A DNA stretch of 64,000 nucleotides, taken from Octopus vulgaris. Its lineage: Eukaryota. The translations under genes and the position numbers were made by a program. The stretch spans positions 80,662,001 to 80,726,000 of the forward strand of contig OX597826.1 of NCBI GenBank assembly GCA_951406725.2, written 5' to 3'. The notes beneath the pieces were generated by a model, which saw only the letters and a list, made by a program, of their open reading frames with translations, made no database searches and was not told the DNA's origin. Of this stretch, positions 51,740-64,000 are shown in pieces (position 1 is the stretch's first letter; each line of letters begins with the position of its first letter).

Positions 51740-52510
51740 TCATCATCATCATCATTTAACATGCATTGTCCATGCTGGCATGAGTTGGATGATTTGACCA
51801 GGGCTGGTTAGCCGAGGGGCTGCACCAGACTCTAGTCTGATTTGGCACGGTTTCTATGGCTGGATGCCATTCCTAACGTCAACAACTCCGAGAGTGTAAT
51901 GGGTGCTTTTACATATAACCGGCACAGGTGTCAGTTTGTATCACACCAATATCTGCCACAACGACGATCCCATCTTGGTTTGATGGGTCTTCTTCCCAAG
52001 CACATCACTTGTCATTGCCTCCATGAGGTCCAGTGTTCGGAAGGCACTTTTTACATGCCACTGGCATGAGTGCTAGATATCAATACCAGCATTTGCCACA
52101 TTGCCTCTATGAGACCCAACGCTAAAAAGATGCTTTTCATGTGCCACCAGCACAGGTACCAGTTCTGTGACACCAATAACAACCATAGCTATGATTTCAC
52201 TTTGCTTGATGGGTCTTCTCAAGCGTATCACCCAAAGGTCTCAGTCACTCGTCATTGCCTTCCATGAGGCCCAACACCTGAAAATCATGCTTCATCCCAT
52301 GTCTTCCTGGGTCTCCCTCTTCCACAGCTTCCTTCCACTACTAGAGATTTGCACTTCTTCAAACAACTGTCCACATCTATACGCATCACATGACCATACC
52401 AACACAGTCATCTCTCTTGTACACAACATGTGATGCCTCTTATGCCCAGCTTTTCTCTCAAGACGCTTATACTCTGTCGTACATGTACACTGACATGACA
52501 GACTTGCAAA
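51740..52510 (-). mobile_element. Decayed 5'-truncated RTE LINE (ORF end, 3' UTR, GAT tail)
   Basis: Minus strand encodes SVLREKLGIRGITCCVQER..WYGHVMR..GRGRPRKTWDE, homologous to the end of the 29694-30593 ORF. (CAT)n at the left end. Confidence 0.88.
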
Positions 52511-55500
52511 ATAAAAACCAGCAACAGAAAGAACATTGATATGTAAAAAGCACCTGTACTGGCACCATGTAAAAAGCACACAAACTGGGCTCTAAAACTT
52601 AGCAACATCACAACAACCAGAGACAACCTCAAACATGAAATATACCAACCAGTCATACATCTGACATGAAACCCAGCATCAAACAACTAACTTAACAGGA
52701 AATAAAGGATAATAAACCACAGAAAAACAAAACTGGTAAATACTTGTATCCAACATGAACCATAAAATTAACAGAACAACACTATATAGTACAGGTTCCC
52801 AACTGGTGTGCCACAGAACCCTGGGGTGCAGCAAGACCAACCGAAGGGTGCCACGAAATATACATATGTATGCGGTATCATAATTGATCATTTAGAGTCA
52901 AAAATACATTTTGATACTATTTTAACAAATATCATTGTCATCTGATATTTTGTATTGTTGTCCATTACGTTTTTGCATTGTCATCTCTTTTATGCGTATT
53001 ATATCAACATTGGTGAAATAAAGAACATTTTTTATCATCAATTCCAAGGACATAGTTTTCTTACATGGGTGTTTATTATCCAGGGATGAAATTTCATAGT
53101 GATGCTTAATCAAAAAACAACTGTCGTATTAGATTTTCTAATAGGGGTGCTGTGGATTTCTGAAAAGCTTGGCATGGGTGCCTTGAAAAAAATGTTGGGA
53201 TACTGTGTTATACAGAGTAATTGGCAACAGCAGCAAAAACAACAAATGTTACACAATATTCAATATCAAAAACAACCTCAATAATATACAAACACCACAG
53301 CAAGAAGGAAATACTCTTAGACATTTCTCAAAAATCAGTTCCCAACACACACACACACACACAAATCTGCTGATCTGGTGTTAAGCAGCAACCTACAACT
53401 CTTTCACAGCCTATACAAGAAAAGTTTTATCTCAAACAAAAGATGTTGCTTCAGTATGGTATTGGCCATGATGGCTAAAACAAACTTAAGACGTGCTAAT
53501 GCTATAGAAATGCTGTAGAAATATAGCATTTTGCAGTTTAGTACAATGCAAAAGGATTATTTTGTAATTCATAAATGATAACAAGCTTGGCTGGAAACTA
53601 GAACATGTCCCATTTCATGGCTGAATAATTTATGTCACAAATGTCTATAAAAGATAGTTTTGTTTTGTTTGGTGTTTTTTTTTTTATGAATAGTGAAACA
53701 TGCAAACTGAACAACCCAAGCAACGAAGGAAACCTAAACACAACAAAAATACTATTAGAGAACAGCATTTGTCCATTGACCTATTTAAAAACTGTTTGTT
53801 TTACTTATTTTCCCCTCTAAACTGATTAAATATAGATGTGGATAAACTGACAGTCAAATTTTATTACCAGTGCAACATGGTAATAAAATTTGACAGTCAA
53901 TTATCCAGTCTACTAAGATAAGTACCATGAAGAGGTACAGGACATTACCATAAGCATGAGAAAGACCAAATAATTACTGTTTTGTTAGCTTTCAGTGCTG
54001 AGTTTAAATCATTGCAGAAAATCAAGTTTTGGAGAAGATTTATAAGACAGTCACTGAGATTATCCCAAAGAAACAATACAGCCAAAGAGGGAACCTCTAC
54101 AATAGGAGAGGGCAACTTATTTTGAGAAGCGGACTGCATGAGTTATAGCTCATCGTCAGGTAGGCAACACTACAAGTTCAAGTAACATTTCATTAGGCAG
54201 GCCATTCAGAAAGTCCCACAGACTACATACAGCCTGCAGTTTGCCTGAAAAGCTTGGCAAGGGTGCTAAAAATAGCAACTAAATCTCTCAAATCATAGCC
54301 TACCATCTTGAAAAAGACACATTAGATAATGTAGTCCTTGATACATGATGACTAAAGAGAGACAGAATAGTCAAAGCTGAAATACTTTTGATCATAAGTC
54401 TGTTCAATCAAAGCTGATCTGAGATTAAACAACAAGATCAATAACTGATTAACAGTCATACCAATACAAATTTGTACAAATGTAGAAAGTCGCAAAGTAA
54501 ATTAAATCAAAATCAAACACCTCCTACAGATGGTCATGTTAATGCTGCCAATGCAAATATTCTGACCACTGAAGACAGATAGTTTCACTTCAGAAACAGC
54601 TAATATGAAGTTATTGATACCATTAAATATATTTTTCAGATTATCGTCCATGATGAAACATAACTACCATAAAGTTTGGCTGTGTGATGTCACACTTTGT
54701 TCAAAAGAATACTTTACATCATATTAAGTTATGCCAACAGTCAATGATTTGCTCAAGTCATTACAATTGTAATTATGCTTTTGTGGGCAAGTTAGCTTTC
54801 TGGTTTTTTTTTTTTTTTGGTTTGCATGAGAAGACATTTAGCTTTTGATGGGTGCTTTTTTTTTTTTGTCAATGTTAGTGTAGAGATAAGTGTGTGAATA
54901 TATCATGATGAAGGTCAACTGAGCAATGGGAAAGAGAGAGAGAGTAGAGAAGAGAGAAAGCTTTTAAATATTGATTGGCCAAATTAGAATGAAACAACTG
55001 AGAAAATATGGAAAACAATAACCAAAGCCGGTTATAATGTTCCATATTAACCTCTTTTACAGTGTTTACACAAAGAAGAGCAATACGATTGTGTAGATGT
55101 ACACATTAGGTGTGTGGTAGGAAGTTTGCTTCCTGACTCCATGGTTTGGGGTTCAGTCTCACCATGTGTCACCTTGGGCAAGTGTCTTCTACTATGTACT
55201 CAGGCTGACCCAAAGCCATATGAATGCATTTCGTAGATGGAAACTGAGTAGAAGCTTGTGTGTGTGTGTGTGAGTGTGTGAGCATGTGTGAATGCATGTG
55301 AGTGTGTGTCTGTCTTTGTGGTTGTCTGCACCACCACTTAACAATCGCAGTTGGTTTGTTTACGTCTCTATAAGTTGTCAGTTCAGAAAAGAGACCAATG
55401 GAGTAAGTACCAGACTTTAAAACAAAAATGCTGGGGGTCATTTGTTCCACTAAACCCTTCGATAACTGAAGACAGTAAAAGATAAACAATAAAAGAAAGA

Positions 55501-56297
55501 TATATATACACACACCGGAACTAACAACTTCCTGTATTGAGTGAGTCGCAGTAACTAAAAGACTCTCATCCATCACATTTCACCCAATTTTTATTGCTTT
55601 TTCTAGGAATGGATTCTTGACCAGAAACTTTGTCTAACAAAGAGGCAAACAGTAACAACACTTTCGCACACAATAATGGAAAACAGCCAGACATGTGCCA
55701 CTGACGAGTATGTATTTCTCTATCGACTCATCAGAAGTTTTAGTCTACCAGATCACTTGACCCCTTTAGCATTTAAACTAGCCACATCCAGCCCAAATAT
55801 TCTACTGGTCTTATGTTCAAACTGGCCAGGTCCAGGCTCTCTCAACAGTCCAATGATTTTCTAAAAATAAAGTCACATCTCAAAATCTTGAAGCTATGAA
55901 ATATTGTAGGATTAATTTAATGTAAATCAATAAACATTACGCTTGACAGAGCAATCCAAATGGTAAAGAGTTGAGTAACTGAAAATGGTAGAAATATCAT
56001 GGACAGGTGGAATGGGTAACTCTAAGGCTACTAAATGTGCACCTATTAATGTACAGAATTCAAAGTGATTAAAGTCTAGGGAAGCTGCTTCCTCTGTTAA
56101 CAACAAGAATTTCTATTCTCTCTAAGTAGGTATTTTGTACCTGGATATCATCATTGAAATACTATTATCAAACATCAGATATCAAATTTCCAGAAAGGAA
56201 AGGTAGAACAATGCGTGTCATATTCAGTGATGTAACAGCAAAATATACCTAAGATCATTTACATTAAAGCCTCGGTGATTAATTCCCAACATAACAA

Positions 56298-56355
<58 letters not shown>

Positions 56356-57241
56356 TAAGCTATGATCCATGAATGAGTCAGAACTAGGTGAGAGCGTATA
56401 TATATGAAGCAATAATAAAATGAATAAACAGGTCACTGAAAATATGTGGAATGAAAGAGAAAGTGTTGTAAATAGGAAAGAGAGAAGAAAAGAAGAGAAT
56501 TTCTCATATGGAAGGAAAAAAATGCTCAACAAAAGATTAAGTGTTAAAAAATAAAGAACAATATGTTGTAAAAGTAGTTTCAGCTAAAATCTCATGTAAA
56601 TATTTTCTGGACAAACATTACATTAAACTGTTTGTTTTTGTCCATTCTTGTAGGTTTTAAATGAAGCAGGTTATCTCAGCCACAGCTGAAGAGTGTTAGT
56701 TATCAGCCACTCATGACATCCAACCAGTGTCAGTTAAACGAGAAGTAAAGATAAGAAGTAAATTGTTCAAGTCTTCTTACTCTGCCTAGCATGAGTTAGA
56801 TGAGTACATTGATGGAGCATCGGTTTACAAGCAGATGTTTTCCCTGTCACCAGTCCTTGATTGTTTTGCAAGTAAAGGATCTCTTATTCCACATGTCTTT
56901 GAAGGTGCAAAACCAGTGGATACTTAGTGAGCAAGGCAAATGTCAACAACATCACGACTCCCAGCAAGGCAATTTCTGGAGAAACACAGTTGCAAACAAA
57001 CATGCAAACATACACATGCATCATCATAATTACACACATATATATATATGGACAGCAAAAGCAAGGTAGAACGAGGGAAAATGTGGAGGGAACAAGTGGA
57101 GGAGGAGGAGATTGGGAGGGCTGTCTTGTGAAGGGAGGACATCCAAAACCAGGCAAGATGGTGTGAGAGCGGTTGCTATGGCAATGAGGTAGATGTGGCC
57201 ACCCTGTTAATGGGGACAAAACCCAGATTCAAAATGATGGA

Positions 57242-57277
<36 letters not shown>

Positions 57278-57635
57278 TCATCATCATCATCATTTAGCGT
57301 CCGTTTTCCATGCTAGCATGGGTTGGACGGTTTAACTGGGGTCTGTGAAGCCGGAAGGCTTCATCAGGCCCAGTCAGATTTGGCAGTGTTTCTACGGCTG
57401 GATGCCCTTCCTAACGCCAACCACTCCGCGGTTGGTGTTAGGATATATATATATATATATATATGTATATATGATGGGCTTCTTTCAGTTTCCATCTACC
57501 AAGTCCACTCACAAGGGTTTGATCAGCCTGGGGCTACAGTAGAAGACTGAGCCTAGAATCATGGGATTGAGAAGCAAACTTCTTACCATACAGCCACGCC
57601 TATGCCTACACAGCCACACCTGCACAGCCATACCT

Positions 57636-57684
<49 letters not shown>

Positions 57685-58599
57685 GCAAAATTCGTGTTAA
57701 GGAAAACAAATAGAGTACAGAGAACATTGGAAAGTATAAATGTTATGTGGCCAAGTATTTAAAATATTGCATGACCAACTTATGAATCACGGGTTTATAT
57801 CCAGCTCAGGTGTTTCATTCTAATGCACTACCTATTTCACTGAAGCTATTTGTTGAGAATAATCACCATGCAGTTCTGAGAAAGTCACTGCTAATATATT
57901 CCTAGAGAACTGTCATGCACTAATTAATGCAACAGAAAAGATTATAATGTCAACGAGCAAGAAAACATTTTGCATTTTCTCCATTTCTAATTTTGCAGAA
58001 TTATAAAGCGATGACGTAACAAAAAGACCAAATTTTGTACCGTCTCTGGTAGTGCATTGCCTCTCAAAGAATGTACTAAATACCTTCAGGATCGGTCTTT
58101 CAAGACAAAAAAATATATATATATATATAAGGAATGGTTCTCCAGTATAGGCGCTAATCATGTTTAATAACAGAGAGTTTATTTTCTATCTTTTACTTGT
58201 TTCAGTCTTTCGACTGCAGCCAAAAAGTTGGGTTTTTTTCCTCACATAATCAACAAGTATTTGATATAAGCTGCTTCATTACAATTGACTCCACAAATCT
58301 CAATGTATCAGTTACCTCTGAACTATGTGACATGAAACCAATGATTACATATCTTAGTCTTGAGAGGTTTGCAACTTTTCCAGGAAAGCATGGAACCAAT
58401 TCCCCAGATAAGGAAACAGAGTCAGAATTGTCTTGTCCAAAATTTCAATGCTTAACTTGCAGCATACGAACTTACAACTTGTGATCTAGCAGTCCAATAG
58501 ATTATCACCAAAAGATTACATCATCTTATTTGATAAGAATCAAGAATATTTACTCTCACATCCTTCATTTGGTTCCTTTTTTTTTCAAACTCTAAAATG

Positions 58600-59300
58600 T
58601 CATTAAAAGGTCAATACGTGAAGCTGTTGGAGTAGAGGACTTCTTAGTTCAGATGAGTAAAGCTTGTTGCAGCAGCGAATGCAGAAACAGTGAATCTGTA
58701 ATATGTCTCAGTGTCTTTGCCAATCAGTCAAATGGTTTACAGTGGGAGGGAAGGAAAAGCTGGACTGGTTCAACAGTTTTTTTTTTTTTTCAAGCTTAGG
58801 AAGGACATAGTGAAAGTCTGTTTCTTTGATAAGTCTAGTGATTGTTTGTCATTTTGCAAGATATTACGTTATCGTAACCTCATTGGCAGATATTTACAAG
58901 ATCTCCATTATATGGAGTTAGAGCATGACAAGCACAAGGAGTCTGAAGTCTATCTGGATAACACCTATGTGTGGAAGATTAGCAAAAAGTGAAAGAGAGA
59001 GAGTGTAATTAGTGGTATCAATAGGTTGATAATGTACAAAGGAAAAGTATGGAAGACAACAAAAACTGTGGTTCGCAGAAGTTAATGTTGGTGAAAGAGG
59101 CCGACCAGGGAGGTCATTGACAGAATGATCTCACAAGAAACACTCCAAGAGATAAGAAAAAGACAGAGTTCATGGGCAGACAAGTTTGCTTTTACCAAAG
59201 TTGCAAAAAGTCAAAAGACATTGGTGTGTGACAGATAAACGATATCTACAGGAAGCGGAGAGTTTGTAGAGGCCAGTGCCAGCTTTCTGATTCAAGAATC
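58600..59300 (-). mobile_element. Highly decayed CR1/Jockey-group LINE reverse transcriptase relic
   Basis: Minus strand shows ordered degenerate motifs FD, LISW, EPQ..V...TF.LYI.NL, HFFAN and L.GDL..I...G. Confidence 0.55.
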
Positions 59301-60572
59301 TTAAACAAATAAAAGATAAATCTTTGCATGGATAATAAAAGGCCTTACTGTTAAGGAAACATTTCCAGAAAATTTAATTCCTAATTTTGTCATTTGCATG
59401 ACCTAAGCTGATTGAAATAAGTGTCCAGGCCAACAAACAACAAAATGTCCAACCTGAAGTAGGAACTCATAACTTATCAGGCCCACCCCTCAACTCCATA
59501 TAATCATTCTTAGTCTATCTCACCTGAAGCAATAAAAGATACTATCTGCTCCCTAAATCATACAAAATATCTGAATTGATAGAATAATTCAACCTATGCC
59601 AGCTGGCAAAATTAGAATGCAAAAAAACAAAAAAAAAATTTTAATTTAGTAAATTCCTTAATAATCCATATAAGCATAACATTGTATAAACAAGAGATAA
59701 TAAAGGAAATTAATGCTTTTGCACCAATAAATTGATCCTTTCCTTGAAAAAAAATCATTTATTTAGAATAAACAATTTTACTTGACGTGAAAACAGCCAG
59801 TATATAAATGTATGTGTGTGTGTCAGATCAAATTTGATAATTCATTGATTGATGTAATCCACTAAAGGTTTTAACAAGTTGGGGAAAGGAACCCTTCTGG
59901 CTTAAGTAAACCCCAAAACATTAAAATGGAAACCAACAGTAACACTTGTAATTAATCCTCAGTTGGCAACACAGTTCAGAATAGAGAAGATACCATTTCC
60001 CTTCAACTAATCTGTTTACTTTGGGCAATTAACAGTCTGATGCCAGCCAATAATAGAACCACCAAATGATCATTTGACCTACTAGAAATAGCAACCAAAT
60101 CTGGCCTCAAATGACACATTGTATAATGTAGTCCTCGATATGAAATGAAATGTTTGGAAGGTCACTGCTGGAAAGCTTTCCATCCCAGGTCTGCTAAACT
60201 AGGGCTGACCTGGGTTGCACATTAGCAGACAATTAGTTTCTGAACTAAGACTCGGGCATCAGTCTACATTGCAATTTAGAGAACAATTCCTAAGAACAAT
60301 TATCTGAAACACTAAAATTACAGCAATAAATCTGTATCAGATATTTGGTTCGATTTCTAACAATCGTAGGTCAACCGATTCATTTCAGGTGAGAAAAATC
60401 CAAAGACAACATTATGGTACTGAGTTTTACTATCAAAAACATAAAAAAAAAAAATTTCAGACTTTGGCAATTAGAAAAATCACATTCAATAACACCAACA
60501 TTTAATCAATAACAGAAGCTTCAGAAATTTGAGAGCCATGCAAACATACTTGATTTTCTTTTTATTTTCTTT

Positions 60573-60574
<2 letters not shown>

Positions 60575-60631
<57 letters not shown>

Positions 60632-60690
60632 TACATATATATATATATACATATATATATATAATAATATATATATATATATATATATAC
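60575..60690. repeat. (TA)n microsatellite, representative of many TA, CA/TG, GA and GAT runs (e.g. 2890, 12958, 13283, 22050-22860, 23358, 23866, 31958, 56305, 57245, 57640, 60844)
   Basis: Directly visible di- and trinucleotide runs. Confidence 0.95.
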
Positions 60691-60841
60691 TTAGAATAAA
60701 CAATACTTTAGATAATCTGATGTGATTAAATAAATATATTTCTGATTCCAAAAGAGCAAGAGAAAGAGAGTAAGAGATAGTGAGGGCAAAGGAAATGGTG
60801 AGTCAGAGAGTATATTTCTATTTCTATCTGTGCAAGTGTGT

Positions 60842-60892
<51 letters not shown>

Positions 60893-61519
60893 AGTGAGTG
60901 CATGCACTGATCACCATCATCACCATCATCATTTAATGTCCACTGCCATCTTTGGCATGGCTTCTACAGCTGGATGCTCTCCTTAACAACCACTTTACAG
61001 AGTGTGTTTTTTGCATGCCACCATCAACTAGACAAGTTGCCATGTAACTTGCAAGACAAAAGAACAAAGGAAAAATCTCCCACTGCTAAGAGGAAGTATT
61101 TGGGAGAAGCTAGAGGTGGGTGGGTGTACGTCAGATGTTGAAAGGCTAAAAGTATGATCGAAGGACACGCACAGGTATATAGAAGAGATACTGTGACATG
61201 ACATGATACTGTTACACTAATTCAAGCAATGAATCGTTTTCAGGATGCACGTCTACAGGCTGCTCAGCCACTTTTATGCTAATCTAACAAATAGACAGCC
61301 CACATGATTAACCAACTGAATTCTCATCAAAACCAACAGAGGATCCTTATTCATCAATGAGTATTCATTATCCTACACTCTCACAGATTTATGTGTATGC
61401 TCTCCCTAACTATTTGAGACCACCCGCAAAACTATATGATGGGAACTATTAAGATTAATAATAGCTGACAATTTGAATTGATCCTATCTAGTAACTGGAC
61501 ATTAAATTATGAGTGAAGC

Positions 61520-62127
61520 ATGACCTTAGAACATTGGGCCTCACAGAGGCAATGACAAGAGACCGAGACTTTTGGAGACAGGCTATGATTGAGAAGACCT
61601 GGCAACTAAAGTGAGATCACAGCCATGGCTGATGCCAGTGTTGCATGTCCAACCCATTTAAGAGTACCCTTGATGTGTCAGGCAATATGATATGCTTGAG
61701 AAGACTTGTCGAGTCAAGTAAAACCAAAATTGTAGCTGTGGCCAGTGCCCCCTGACTGGCTCCTGTGCCAGTGGCACATAAAAAGTACCATTCAAGCATG
61801 GTTGATGCCAGGTCTGACTGACTGGCTCCCTTCTGATGGCACATAAAAAGTACCATCCGAATGTGGCCGATGCCAGTGTTCCTTGACTGGCTCCTATGCT
61901 GGTGGCACGTAAAAAGCACTATCCGAATTTGATCGATGCCAGGCCCACCTTACTGGCATGTAAAAAGCACCCACTCCACTCTAAGGGTGGTTGGCATTAG
62001 GAAAGGCATCCAGCTGTAGATACACTGCCAGATCAGATTGGAGCCTGGTGCAGCCACTGGCTCTCCAGACCTTAGTCAAACAGTCCAACCCATGCCAGCA
62101 TGGAAAACGAACATTAAACAATGATGA
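61520..62127 (+). mobile_element. RTE LINE 3' end / 3' UTR copy with about 4 internal repeats
   Basis: Starts in the ORF end (DLRTLGLTEAMT..DRDFW), contains repeated tgactggctcc..tggcac.taaaaag units, and ends with the shared tail. Confidence 0.88.
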
Positions 62128-63731
62128 GTAGGAACTGAATTCCAGAAGACCACTGTTTATGGAACAATACAGAAAGAGAAAGGAACTAAGCTGAAGAGAC
62201 AGAATAATTGTATGGGCTTCCATGGTGGGTGTGAATAGGGTTTGCAAGATCAAAAGAACATGGACAGTTGTAGTATGGCAGAAAATTTATAGAAGAAAGA
62301 CAAGGTGAATATGTCTAGATAGTTGTGAAGTCTTTATAAATGTTTGCTGTTGTTGTTTAGGTCTAGACCAACCCTGACTGAGTTGACCTTTGATCAGACA
62401 TTCCAACCCAGACTACAGCATATCCTTGCCTTTTTTTTAAAGGATGTTAGTGGTAGTTTGAGGGAGATTTGACCGCTCTTTCTTCCAAGTTAAGTGAGTA
62501 TATAGAAGCTCTCTTATTGGTTCTTGTAAATGTACATTTTGCTATCAGACAGTTTTTGTTTTCCTATGAAGGTTTCGCAGAATGCATGTATTTGTGTATG
62601 CTTCATACACACAGAAATGTGAGTTGTCTTGACTATATACAGATATACATTTATGCATAATTAATATATTGTATATGAAATAAGACAGCTGAATAATTAA
62701 AATATACACTGCAAACTCAAGACACAAACTCAAGTGTAAACATAACATAGTTGAACAACTATTGTCATATGGTTAACAAAAAAAAATCAAAAAGTGAGTT
62801 TTGATGGAGAACAGGTTATTATAAAGTGTTCATTAAGTGTATGTTTTCCTACCAGACAGATGGTTTGTGTTTTTTGTTTTTTTATTCATTTATTCTTGAA
62901 AGACATTTTGAATGTGTATATTTGTATGTCTAGGTGCATCTAACCAGATACGCAAGCATGCGGGTAGATGTGTGCTTGTAGTATGTATTATGTATGAAGT
63001 AGTTGAATAATTAAAATCCAAGCCACTGATTCGAGAAACAAACTTAGGAATAAGCTTAAGCAATGTATTTCATCCTCGGCCTAAACACGCTGCTGTTTGA
63101 TTGAATCTTTGTGTGTGGAAGGCAGACACTACTTTATCTTCATGATTGAAGTTTTGGTTAGCATTAAGAATGGCAGTCATTTGTAAAAAGGAAAAAAAAA
63201 ACTGCTCTCACAAATCAGGACTAGTTTTGCAGAACCAATCAATTGTTAAACAAAGTTGTAAAAGCTAAGTAGGAACAACAGGAGACTACCAAACCATGGT
63301 TTTATTCTATATTTCAAGAAAAAATTATATCTACAGAGAGGGAACTGTTGGAGGCTGCTAACAGGATGCTTGAGGGCTGCATGTATCCCTGGGAAGCAAC
63401 ACTGAGAACCACTGCTCTAGACACTTGTATAGACTTAAGTTTATCTAAATGGTTAATTTATTTGAAAGCACAGATGGCCAGATCAATCAGTTAAGAAGTC
63501 CAGGTTTCATATTCTACCCCAGTACTGCATTGTACTCATGGCTAAGATAAATCTCAACAGCCAAATACATCTGAATTTAAGGTCCAAGAATGGGGCAATT
63601 CACAATACAACAGGGGTGGACCTTAATAAGTATTTTGTTGGTTTGCAGTATTGGATTCTGTTTCTCCTACATAAAAAAAAACTGTGATTAAGAAATCAAA
63701 TCTCCCTCAAATCCCATCTTATAGTCTTTAA

Positions 63732-63902
63732 CTCTTTGGCATTCGGTTAACTGTCAAATATGATGCTTTTTAAATCATATTTTGAATTAGTTTTGCATTA
63801 TCTTGTGGCTTCAAAATTTTAATGATGTGATTGTTTATTTTTAGAATGACATTGCAGGAAGGTATGACAGGCCGGACACAGCCAGTTTAAAGACTTAAAG
63901 GG
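63732..63902. mobile_element. piggyBac-type MITE. Other copies ~15061-15246, 34318-34542, 55761-55970
   Basis: TTAA on both sides with c(c/t)cttt...aaaggg termini. The body is shared among four copies. Confidence 0.72.
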
Positions 63903-64000
63903 TTAAATGACAGTGGATAATGTATCTCAAATATACTGTGTGCATATAAAAACAGAACAATCACTGCTGAAACATTTTAATAAGAGGTCTTATGCATCAG

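Overview
AT-rich, repeat-dense animal genomic DNA, most likely octopus or another coleoid cephalopod (inferred from the SINE/RTE families and microsatellite load). The window lies inside one minus-strand gene, a BLTP1/KIAA1109 (Tweek/LPD-3/Csf1 family) bridge-like lipid transfer protein. Five internal GT-AG exons (27452-27595, 6390-6567, 3972-4041, 2072-2262, 973-1052) join in phase into about 221 codons of the N-terminal region. No earlier coding exon was found in 27596-64000. The introns hold a decayed full-length mariner, a 549-bp fold-back mariner derivative, 5'-truncated RTE LINEs, decayed CR1-like and REL-type LINE pieces, several tRNA-derived SINE families, hAT- and piggyBac-type MITEs and microsatellites. 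Nearly all other ORFs in the track are repeat artefacts. The most unusual feature is a 469-bp palindromic insertion at 43413-43881 flanked by a perfect 13-bp target-site duplication. Each arm carries a tRNA-like (B-box) head and a minimal type-I hammerhead ribozyme motif, so it is a candidate SINE/retrozyme hybrid mobilised by Penelope-like elements. Two further degenerate hammerhead-like motifs and a pre-miRNA-sized hairpin also occur. Everything was read by eye, and repeat boundaries are approximate unless a TSD or TIR is quoted.
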